Shown here one piece after another: positions 35,116 through 46,713 of a stretch of 64,000 bases of DNA (positions are counted from its first letter, which is position 1; the number at the start of each line of letters is the position of its first letter). The stretch comes from Podospora anserina (Eukaryota): assembly GCA_017654855.1 (NCBI GenBank), contig CM030335.1, positions 186,001 through 250,000 on the forward strand, given 5' to 3'. Position numbers and translations under genes: made by a program. The notes beneath the pieces are model-generated. The model saw only the letters and a program-made list of their open reading frames with translations, had not been told where the DNA came from and did no database searches.

Positions 35116-35484
35116 TGTGACGAACCCCTGTATAGAACCTCTGAAAGGGATACTAATTAAAGGTAACTTTTAATAATTAGTTCGGTATAACTAAATAGTA
35201 TATAATAAAATATCTTAATGTAAATACTAAATACTGTAAATATAAACTTAAATTATATACTACGGAACTATCTATTTATATTAGCTAGTTCTTTCGTATA
35301 TATAAACCGGTTTATTACTATTATTACTAGTAATAATATTAATTATTACTTGTCGCTTATTAAGGCTAGTAATAATCGTAATTATTACTTTTAGCGCTAA
35401 TAATAATTTAGCTTTCTTACTTTTCCGTACTAGTAGTTAAACGGTTCGCGCCCCGTATTCTCCGCTTATATTAGGACCGTAATA
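35116..35484 (-). repeat. 3' LTR (type B)
   Basis: Direct repeat of 41513-41881; adjacent to the polypurine tract. Confidence 0.93.
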
Positions 35485-35597
35485 TAATATCCTTCCTCTA
35501 GGTTAACGTCTTATTAGCCTAGTCTCGTCGACTATATACGTTTTTCCTTCTTTTTTTATAAACCTCTCTCTAATTATATAATGGCCTAACTAACGTT

Positions 35598-36286
35598 ATA
35601 TCTATAGTAAAACCTCTATCGTCGTTTATATAATATTGTATTAAACTCGCTTAAAATATTATTAAAAACGGTTTCCTCGTTATACTTTACTCGTAGTATA
35701 ATTCGTAGGGGTTATCTTACCGTATAATGGATAAAGTAAAGCGTTATAAGGCTTATATATATCGTAAGCGTTTATATAATAGTACCGGTATCCCTATCTC
35801 CTCGCGTAAGTCTCCCGTTACCTTTCTTTTCTTCTTACTAATCTCTTTTTAGTAAATAAGATTATACAAGAGTAACGTCGTTTTTAGGAGGAAGAGAAGC
35901 GGGCCGAAACTCTTTTAATCGAATACTAATAGAAAGCTTTTAAGGCTTTAACTCGTCTATCGCGAGTCCGTTATTAACGTAAATTTCTTATAAATAAGGG
36001 AGCTATTATAGTCGCCCGCAGCTTCTTTTCTCTCGATAAATTAGAAACTACCGAACGTATCGAATAGGAGGAAGCTACGTAAGCCGCGCCGGCTATACCG
36101 TTATTTAACAACGTTCCTTCCTCTAATTATATTCCCTTAAATCCTTCCGACTTTTCCTTTCTAGATCCTTCCTTAAGCTTCGACTAGCCGCCTAACCTTT
36201 CCTTAAACCCGGGCGTAGCCGGTCCTTCCTTCCTGACCCCGCAAAGTGCCGCCGAGGGCGCGCTTTCTACTTTTTAAGGTAATTAA
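35598..36286 (+). pseudogene. RIP-inactivated antisense accessory ORF of the retrotransposon: Zn(II)2Cys6-spaced motif plus coiled coil, with one intron
   Basis: TAC/TAT codons at 35688-35777 spaced x2-x6-x8-x2-x6 (TGY->TAY by RIP). Intron 35806-35852 (GTAAGT...TACTAAT...TAG) preserves the frame. All in-frame stops are TAA/TAG. The start codon is uncertain. Confidence 0.7.
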
Positions 36287-36328
36287 AACGCGTAGTACTA
36301 CTTATACTTAAGTCTTTCCATACCTTTT

Positions 36329-36398
36329 AACCTCGTAGTGTAGTGCGTAGTACGTCGGCTACCGCGTTAAAGGTATAGGTTCGATTCCCGTCGAGGTT
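36329..36398 (+). ncRNA. tRNA-like cloverleaf, copy 1 (inside the retrotransposon, antisense to pol)
   Basis: 7-bp acceptor stem AACCTCG/CGAGGTT; A-box-like TAGTGTAGTGCG; B-box GGTTCGATTCC; non-canonical 6-nt anticodon loop. Confidence 0.7.
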
Positions 36399-36527
36399 CT
36401 TCCGTATCTAAGTTTATAGATACCCCTCCGTAGCTTAGGTATAGATCTTTTTAGCTATATCTTTAACTTTTTTTACGGTAGTGGAGGCGTATAGTATTAG
36501 TTAGGCCTAGATTTCTTTATACTTACT

Positions 36528-36597
36528 AACCTCGTAGTATAGTACGTAGTACGTCGACTACTATATTAAAGGCGTAGGTTCGATTCCTACTAAGGTT
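36528..36597 (+). ncRNA. tRNA-like cloverleaf, copy 2
   Basis: Copy 199 bp downstream of copy 1; perfect T-arm GTAGG-TTCGATT-CCTAC; followed by a T-run. Confidence 0.65.
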
Positions 36598-39500
36598 TTT
36601 TTATATTTAAGTTTATAAATACTTTTCTATAGTTTAAGTATAGATCTTTTTATTATTTAGGTTTTGGTCGGTTTAAGTATTATTAGTAAAATTCTTTTTA
36701 CTTATTTAAGTAGTTAAGATATACCTATAGTTCCTATAAGTTATTTATAATTAAATATTTTAATTAATTAATTAAATACTTTAATTAACCTTTATTAAGC
36801 TATAAATCTAATATTTCTTTTATATTATATTTTTCTTCTTCGTCCTCCGCTACTACTTATATATTAGCTTTATTTATATATAGTATAGGTTCCAAAAGTA
36901 AAATATAAAAAGTATATAACCGTAAACGTATTGTATTAAGTAACTCTAATTCGAATACCGTTTCTAAAATCTTTTTTTTAACTTTAAATAGGCCTACTTT
37001 TTTATAGTTTAGCTTCTTATTAAGTCTTTTAATACGTAAATTATATATAAAAAGGAATACTATATCCCCCCTTTTAAAACAAAGTCCTTCGAGCCTTTTA
37101 GTATTATAGTATTTTCGTATCCTTTCCTTTATAAACTCTAGCTCTTACTTTAGCTTACCGTAAAGTATATATAATTTATTTACTTTAATTCTAGCCTTAA
37201 GTACCTTAACCGTAGGTCCTTACTGTCGGTTTACTTTATAGCCGAAATTCGCGAAGAAAGGTATAACTTTCGTGGTTTTTATTAATAATATATTATATAT
37301 TAATTATACTGTAAATAATAATTTAATTTAATTATCCTACTCGAAATTAATATAATTTCGTAAGTATTATTCTATAATTTAATTAAGCCGTTCCGTTTAA
37401 CCGTCCGTTTAAGGGTAATAAACTAAAGATACTTTATTTATTACTTTTAGTTTAGTTATTAACGCTCTTTATAACTTCGATACGAATTTAGTATTACGGT
37501 CCGTAATAAATTTTTTTAACTATATATATATTAATATAATATACTATAATACTATATTCGCTAATTACTTTACCGATTAAGTTTTTTTATAAAGTAAAAA
37601 ATATATTTATTTAATAAGCCTATCGATTACTATTAATATATTATCGTATTTAACGCTAATTACCGTATCTTTTAATTTTAATAATTTAATAATAAAGTCT
37701 ATTATAATTAAATTTTATAATTATTTTACTATTAATAATAGCTTTAGAAATCTATATAGTTTATACCTCGTAACCCTCGTTTTCTCGTACGTATAGTATA
37801 ACTAAATAACTTCCTTAACGTCGTCCTTAATCTTTAGTTAATTAAAATACTACTTAATCTTTTTTATAGTTTTAGCGATACCTATATATCCTTTAAACTT
37901 CGATCCGTAAATCTCTATTACTAATATCGTCCTATTACCTAGCATTACGTACGCTCGATTTTTATACTATAGTCTTCCCTAACTATCTTTTTAGATACCT
38001 TATAGCTCTAACTTTTCCTATTAATATTACTCCGTAATATTATTACTTAACCTTCCTTAATATTTACTGCTAGAAGTAACTTACTTATAATATATTATAT
38101 AATACTTTATTTACGGCTAAAGTAAATATTTAAGAGTGCCTTTTAGTATTTCCTCGAGTAATAATAGTAATTCCCTAAATATATCTTTATAATAATTAAA
38201 TCGCCGGCTAAATACGTCTACCTTAACGTTTTTTAATCCCTTTTTATAATTAATTTAAAAATTAAATTTTAAAAGAAACTTTAATTATTATATTTATTAT
38301 ACGTTAAGGACTTTTATAATAGTAAAATATTATAGGTTTTTATAATTTATATAAACCTATACTTTATAATTAATATTATTAAAATATAACCTCTATTCTT
38401 CGAACGCTTTAATAATAGCGAATAGCTCTTTATTATAGATTAAGTAGTTTTAACGTATCTCTTTTAGCTTCTTCGAAAAGAAAGTTACTAGGTATAGCTT
38501 CCCGTTATTATTTCGCTATCCTAATTATTTACCGATCGTATAGTTTAATATATCCGCCTCGACCTTAAATAATTAATTAAAGTTTAGTAATTTAAATACT
38601 AGGTCCTTTAAAATAGCTTTTTTTAGCTTTTAAAAAGCCTACTCCTTTTTCTACCCCTACCGGAACTCTACGTCCTTCTTAATTAAGTAATTAAGTAATT
38701 ACGCGATTCTTATATATTTATAAATAAATATCCGATAGAAGTTCGTAAATCCTAAAAATTCCTTAACGTATATTTATAATTACGGCGTAAGCTAATTTTT
38801 AATTACCGTAATTTTCCCCGGTTTTATACGAACCTTACTTAACGATATTAAATATTTTAAATATATTATTTTTTATACGTAAAACTCACTTTTTTTTTTA
38901 TTAATTAAAAGTCTAGCTCCATATAGCGCGTTAAATATTTTTCGTACGTATCGCTTATACTTTTCTAAAGTACGTAAGTAAATAAAAACGTTATTAAAGT
39001 AGTATATTATTATTTTATCGAGGTACTTCCGGATCGTATAATTAACAAGAGATTAAAACGTTATAAGTATATTAATTAGCTTAAATAATATTATAAGATA
39101 CTCGAAATAACTATAGGGTATACGAAACGTTATTTTTTATTTATTTCTTTCTTTAATCCGTATATAGGTATATCCGATAAATATATTTAAATATATAAAG
39201 TATTATACCCCTATTAATTAATTCCGTAACTTAGATATTAACGGTAGCGGGTAATTATTTTTTACCGTTACGTTATTTAATTAGCGGTAATTTATATATA
39301 ATCGTAAGCTATTGTTTTTTTTCGGTATAAAGAATACGGGGTATCTTACTAGCGATATAGACTCCTTAATATATTTTCTTTTTAGATTTTCGTTTAAGTA
39401 CTTCCGTAGCTCCTTACTCTACTTATCGTTAGTATAATAGACTTTAAATAGCCGTAATTTAGCTTTCTCTTTTAATTTAATTTTATAGTCCTACGGTCCT

Positions 39501-41512
39501 CGCTCTAAAAGTCCTTTTAAATACTTAGCCGTAAAGGCTAAATATCCTCGATATTCTATTAGTACCGCTTTTTTCTTACCTTTCTTTACGTTATTATAGT
39601 AAGTATACTTATTAACCTCCAATATCTCTACTAACGTTATTAACCCTACTTCTTCGATTTTACCGCTTATATCGATAAAGTATACTATTACTTTTTAAAC
39701 TCCTTACGGTAATACCGTAAAAGGTACTTATCCTATACTTTACTCTATATATATACCTAATTTCCTATCGTTAATTAAATACTTTTAAAGCTCTTTTAAT
39801 CGTAAATAACTATTATCCCTCTAATCGATATTTAGGTTATAGTCTTTATATTATAGTTACCTTAAAATTATATCCTTCGAAGGTTTTATATTTATAATAT
39901 CGAATATAATTAAAATTATTTTTCCTTTAATTATAATAATTAAAAATAATATTTCTCTATAGACTCTTTACGTCGGAAATAGTCCTTATATAACGATTTA
40001 TTCCTTCTTTTTTCTCTATAGTATTTTAGTTTAATATATAAACTATAGCGAAATTAGGTTCGTTTCTATACCTCCGTTTACTAATATTACTGTTTAAATA
40101 TTCTTTTAATATATTATAACCTAAAGGCGTTTATTTTTTTTATTTTTTCCTTATATAATAGCGACCTCGCTAATAAGTACCGGATTATTATCCTATACCT
40201 TCGCTTTATATTAATATTTACGAAAATACTATTCGTGGTTCGTTAAAGGTTACCGGCCCTCGCGAAGGGCTGTAAATCGTTTCTTAAGCGATTATATTGT
40301 TTAAAAGCGTCCTCTTACTCCGGATTAATTAATAATATAAAGTTTTTTAACTATACTTACTTAGCTTCTTCTTATCTTCCGTCTTTTACTTCCTTAATAC
40401 TCTTTCGTATTTATATTTAGTAACGGTTCTTCGCTTTATTTAATTAGTATTTAATAGCTACGACCTCTACTACTTTTGGTCCCTTTAATATAATAATTAT
40501 TGCGATTTCCCTTTTTTAACCGAGTTACTTAAATACTTTATAATCCTTTTTAAAGTATTTTACTTTACTATAATTAAAATACTTAAGGTTATTTCTACCT
40601 TAGCCCCGGCCTTACGGCTTTTACTATTAGATAGTATCGACCTCTATAGGTCCTACGTAGGTAGTCCCTAAAACGTAAGTCCCGTACGGCCGTCTCTTTT
40701 TATTATTATTAAAGTAATAAAGTCTTTATATATATATATTTTTATATTCCTTACGTCATTAATATTATTAATCGTCGATATAGATTATTATTATAATATA
40801 TTTATCGATAGTTTCTAGCCGCTTTATTTAATATAGTTTATCCTTAACTTCTTCCTTAAACTTATTATAAAACACTTATATTAACCTTTTATCGTTAATC
40901 GCGTTACGGAATATATTTATTTTAAATACTATAGCGTAATCGGTAGTAAATCGAGTTTATTTAAAGTTAGCTAGTCGCTTTTAAATACACTTACTTTTAT
41001 TATACTCTTTAAATACTTCCTTAATTTTCTTTTTAAAACTTTTATAAAACTTAAAATATATTTAAGTAATATCCTCCCTCTAATTAAGCGTATTATTAAA
41101 GTAATTTCTTAAAATTGGTTCGAATTACGTAAATGCCGTATCTTTAAGCCTAGACGCGGCGTATATAACTTTAGATTCCTCGTTTAAGAAACGAAAAGGG
41201 TAGTACCGAAAATAAACTTTAAGTTAAATTAAGAATCCTCCTAGCTCTCCTTTTATACTTCTATAGTAATTAGGTACTTCGAGCTTCGTACGCTTTCCCT
41301 CTTTACGTAAAGTATTAATTTTTTAATAGAGTATAGCGTTTCTTACGTAAAGGTATTATAGGAAAGGCGTAACTTATTTTTAAGCTTTTAAATACAAGCG
41401 AGAAGCTAATTAATAGTAGGTTGGGTCGGGATTCCCTAAGTATTAATGTTTCCGGCTATAGCGTTTTAATACTTTTAATTTATTTATAATAAGTTAAAGT
41501 AAGTATATAACG

Positions 41513-41881
41513 TGTAACGAACTCCTATATAGAACCTCTAAAAGGGATACTAATTAAAGGTAACTTTTAATAATTAGTTCGGTGTAGCTAAATAATATAT
41601 AATAAGATGTCTTAATGCAAATACTAAATACCGTAAATGCAGGCTTGAATTGCATACTGCGGAACTATCTATTTACACTAGCCAGTTCCTCCGTATATAT
41701 AGACCGGTTTATCACTATTATCACCAGTGATAATATTGATTATCACTCGTCGCTTACTAAGGCTGGTGATAATCGTGATTATTACCCTTGGCGCTAGTGA
41801 TAATCCAGCTTCCCCACCTTTCCGTGCCAGTGGTTAGACGGTTCGCGCCCCGCATTCCCCGCTTATATCAGGACCGTGACA
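41513..41881 (-). repeat. 5' LTR (type B)
   Basis: Direct repeat of 35116-35484 and less RIP-mutated; TATA and shared R/U5 half at 41513-41703. Confidence 0.93.
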
Positions 41882-43245
41882 CTATGGCGCCAAAGCTCAC
41901 GAGCAGTCTGCAGGATGCAAGATGCTAAGGGTGATCAGAGGCATAGCACGACGAGCACGTTGCAGGATGCAATGTGCTAGGAGTGATCGGGGCCATAGCA
42001 GGGCGAGCACCTCACGGCCCCAGGATCTATATATACGGAGGAACTGGCTGGTGTAGATAGACAGTTCCGCAGTATGCAATTCAAGCTTGTATTTACGGTA
42101 TCTAGTGTTTACATTGAGACATCTTGTTGTGCACTGTTTAGCTGCACCGAACCAATTGTCAGAAGTTACCTTCAACCAGTATCCCTTTCAGAGGTTCTGT
42201 ACAGGGGTTCGTCACATCTAAACGAACGAACCGCAGCCAAAATCTATAGAATCGATCGTAAGACTCTAGGGCGTTAGCGCGCTGGCCGGCCTATACGACG
42301 CGATACTATACCTATATCGAAGAAGCTTACTTAATCCGAAAAAGATACTATTATTAAATACGTTATTAAGCTATATACGTAAGCTTTTTTACTAAGATTA
42401 CGTAATATAAAAGAAATAGCTAACCAACTACTACGCGTATACAACGCGCTCTCTATTAGTAAGCTCTAAGCATATCACTTCGTTAAACGCTAATTATAAC
42501 TCCGTATACGTTTTACATATAAATACGACTATTAAAAAGCTAAATATAAAAATTTAAAGGTTATTACCGAATAATTTACGTCTATACGGAATATTAAAGT
42601 TAAATATAATATTATAAATAATAATATTTATAACTTCGACGAAACTAAATTTATAATAAATATTATTTTCGCAGGTATAGTAATTATAACCTCAGACGGC
42701 CTTAAAAAAGTAAAACTAATCTAGTTTAGTAACTATAAATAAGCACCTATAATTCAAGGAATCAATACCCTCAGCTAAACTATCCCTCCCTTTATTATTT
42801 TAGCCCCGTAGTACTACTTACTAACTAATATACCGAATATAACTTCCTAGCCGACTAGCGTATTTCAATTACCGATAATAGTTAAACTATTAATACGGTA
42901 AGCTTAAATTAAATTAAGTACTTCGATTACTACACGGCGTCCCGTATAAAACGTAAATACCGGTTGTTAATCCTCGACGGCTACGAAAGCTACTACTTAA
43001 CCGAATTCAAGCGTTACTATTAATAAAATAATAATATTACGCTCTATATACTTCTATATTTTTTTTTTACTTTTAGCTACCTGGTATCAGCTACTTTGGG
43101 CCGCTAAAGTAGGCGTAGAGTTATTAAATCAAGGACTTAATATATATATATGTTAACTATATAAGTACGCTCGAATTCCTCTATACCTTCCGTAAAACTT
43201 TATTTACCTCTATAATAAAAAAAGATATATAGGGTAGCTTTATAG

Positions 43246-43526
43246 TAGTTTGGGGTGCGGCCACAGGCTTGAGAGTATGAGTAAGGAAGCGGGGCTCTCG
43301 GAGGACTCAGGAGTTCAGGGGTCATGTATATAAGCAGTCTGCTTTGGACATTCTATTTTAGACAGGACATCGACTTTTATTTCTTTATATTTTGTGCTTT
43401 GCACGCGTGCAGTCAATTCTGGCCCTCTGATCAGGCCAATCCGGTGCTTATTATGTGGCCTGCGAGCCCATAGTGTCTTTTCTTTGTCCTGCGTGAAGTG
43501 CGGCCTGCGAGCGAGTCACTGTCACA
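43246..43526 (+). mobile_element. Probable 5'-truncated LTR of a different family abutting the truncated transposon
   Basis: Abrupt switch to non-RIP composition at the truncation point; TATATAA box (~43327); internal GGCCTGCGAGC repeat; ends in TGTCACA. No TG start or TSD found. Confidence 0.5.
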
Positions 43527-45290
43527 ATGTTAGTTTATATGATGATTCAACTAGGCCTTTACCTTGATTTGCAAATTAGGTATTCGAACTTAACTTAGTT
43601 GATTTGGACATTTGAAAATTAAATTTTTCTTGAGAGGGGGTAGGGTGGAAGAGGCAATTCCACTCCTAACTACACACCCCACTCAAGTCCAAAAGCGGCA
43701 ATACATTTCCCTTGACTGGAAGAACATTTGATTCGCCAGACAGTATATTAGCACCCCCCCCTTTCTTCCTCTGTCTTAGTGTTGGCCATGTATCAAATGG
43801 CTCCTCTCGATCCGGCAGTTGCACGTGAGAACGCTTGGTCGACGAAATGGCGGAAATCTTGTCTCTTCAGGCTAAAAGAAGGACTGGCTACCGATCCACT
43901 TTGGAACCCGAGACCCAGGTTTCCCGTGCGTCTTGTTACGTCGATCTGCATCGTTAGCGATATGTTTAATACCGGGGATTGACCTCTTCACGTCTCGACT
44001 TTTTGTTCTTGCCTTTTCACTTTTCTCTTCTTCCCCAAACAACAAAGGGGCTCTCGGCCGAAATGGCGCCAGATATTGCCATGAACCTTGCTCCCCACCC
44101 CCTCTCGAGGCGTTATCTTGAGCAACACGATTCTCTGTCCAGGCGGTTCAGCAGTTTCCTAACTGGGAAGGTGACTTTTGTACGTTCCAGAGGGAACAAC
44201 AACAGGACGAGCAACCGCTTCTCTCCCCAGACCGGATTCTCCCATTTTGACAGCTTGGCAGGATTCAGATGTGCGTTGGATCCTTTTACCGTTGTTTCTC
44301 AATATCTTCCTCCTCAAGGAAGTACTACTTTCTGTTCTTGTTCCCCCCGTGTAACGATCCCACCCGTCCTTTTGCTGTGGCTCCTACCCATGATGTCTTC
44401 CCAACTGCCGTCAGCGAATGGCGCTGCCACACCCGCGCGGCACTCTGCACCGCACGCACACGGGGCAGCCCTGGCACAGCGGCTCATTCCCGGCCGGACA
44501 ATATTGGGCCCACACATGGTCCAAAATTCCCGATCGATGGCTGTTCCCGGAGTTCATCTCTTGGCTTTGACGGGAGCATAATGTCAGCATTATCAAGCTC
44601 GGAAACCTTCCCCAAGTATTCTCTCGTGAGATGTATTTTTCTCCCCTTTGGTTCGCTGTCTGGGATCAGATTACATGCCAAGTTTGGAAGACCAGCAATG
44701 GCGGTCGAGGGATATCATGTGTCTTGATATCATCTTTTGGTTGCTGCGCCATCCTACCAGACAATCACAATGGTACCCTACAAGCAACTCCCTTGACAGC
44801 TTGCACCACGAATTGTCAGTATCACGCCAGCGCAAGAAAAGAACGACGTTGACACCTGCTCGCTAGACTAGCTCCCGTCTTGGGTAGGTCGTAAGGCGGT
44901 TTTGATCTTGGCCACCCTCTTCTCATTTACATGGCACCCGCATTCAGCATCGTGTCAAAGTTCTAAGCATGGCCTTGTTCCTACCCTACCCAGGTTGATA
45001 TAGGAAAAAGATGGTGGAGAAGGTCTGACATCTTGTTCGCGATGCCCTTTGCGGAAGGTGGTGATGATTTGGGGACCAATATGTCAACGCCATCACGGGT
45101 AACCTCCCTCTTTCTACCTATTCCCAGCCACCAGTCCACAAGCTGATGTTGTCTAAGACAGAGATAAATAGACATGCTCATCTCGCTGTTGTTTTTCTGT
45201 TGCAAGATCACCATCATCACTTTCTGTCTCTCTCTCTCTGTCCTCGTCCTCCTCACTTGTCTACTCCCGAGTTTAACAACAGACTTCAAC

Positions 45291-46713
<1,423 letters not shown>

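Larger units (their letters stand above)
35116..41881 (-). mobile_element. Full-length Ty3/gypsy chromovirus LTR retrotransposon (crapaud-like), 6766 bp, RIP-inactivated
   Basis: Two 369-bp LTRs (35116-35484, 41513-41881) whose visible differences are C/T and G/A transitions; TSD CTATG (35111-15, 41882-86); PPT (AGAGGAAGG on - strand) at ~35490-35498. De-RIP reading on the - strand gives gag from ~41459, RT motif (V)VCYLDDVLIY at ~38980-39010 and a C-terminal chromodomain (Y.V.EILD...KYLI.W......SWEP) at ~36700-36830. Confidence 0.93.
35003..42216 (+). mobile_element. Solo LTR (type A, ~443 bp; pieces 35003-35115 and 41887-42216) inserted into the transposase gene
   Basis: TGTCAC...GTCACA termini; 5-bp TSD TCTAA at 34998-35002 and 42217-42221; TATA (TCTATATATA) at ~42026. 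Confidence 0.9.
34852..43245 (+). mobile_element. Second Fot1/pogo-like DNA transposon (related family), split by LTR insertions and 3'-truncated; actual pieces 34852-35002 and 42222-~43245
   Basis: TA + TIR ACGTATATTATAAGCAAGTGACCCAC at 34852. Transposase ...AHIILALQALQNDKNL| resumes |NERTAAKIYRIDRKTLGR at 42221. It is colinear with the 18797 element until GGGTAGCTTTA (~43242). Confidence 0.9.

Noticed and set aside
35581-35600. ATG at 35581 as start of the antisense ORF
   Set aside because: It is not in the Cys-motif frame. The start is either a RIPed ATA at 35598 or an upstream exon spliced via CTAAC...TAG (~35586-35607), which is unresolved.
36329-36597. Calling the two cloverleaves genuine decoding tRNA genes or the element's primer
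   Set aside because: The anticodon loop is 6 nt, the D loop lacks GG, both copies are RIP-mutated, and their 3' end is not complementary to the PBS. Kept only as tRNA-like.
36329-36652. CRISPR-like repeat-spacer array
   Set aside because: Only two long units, in a eukaryotic retrotransposon, with no cas genes.
41615-42277. ORFs 41615..41797, 41897..42175 and 42074..42277
   Set aside because: Chance ORFs in LTR sequence; only the last ~18 codons of 42074..42277 are transposase.
43779-44866. ORFs of 150-200 aa right of the TE island
   Set aside because: No motifs, non-ATG starts or unconvincing composition, and mutually overlapping frames.
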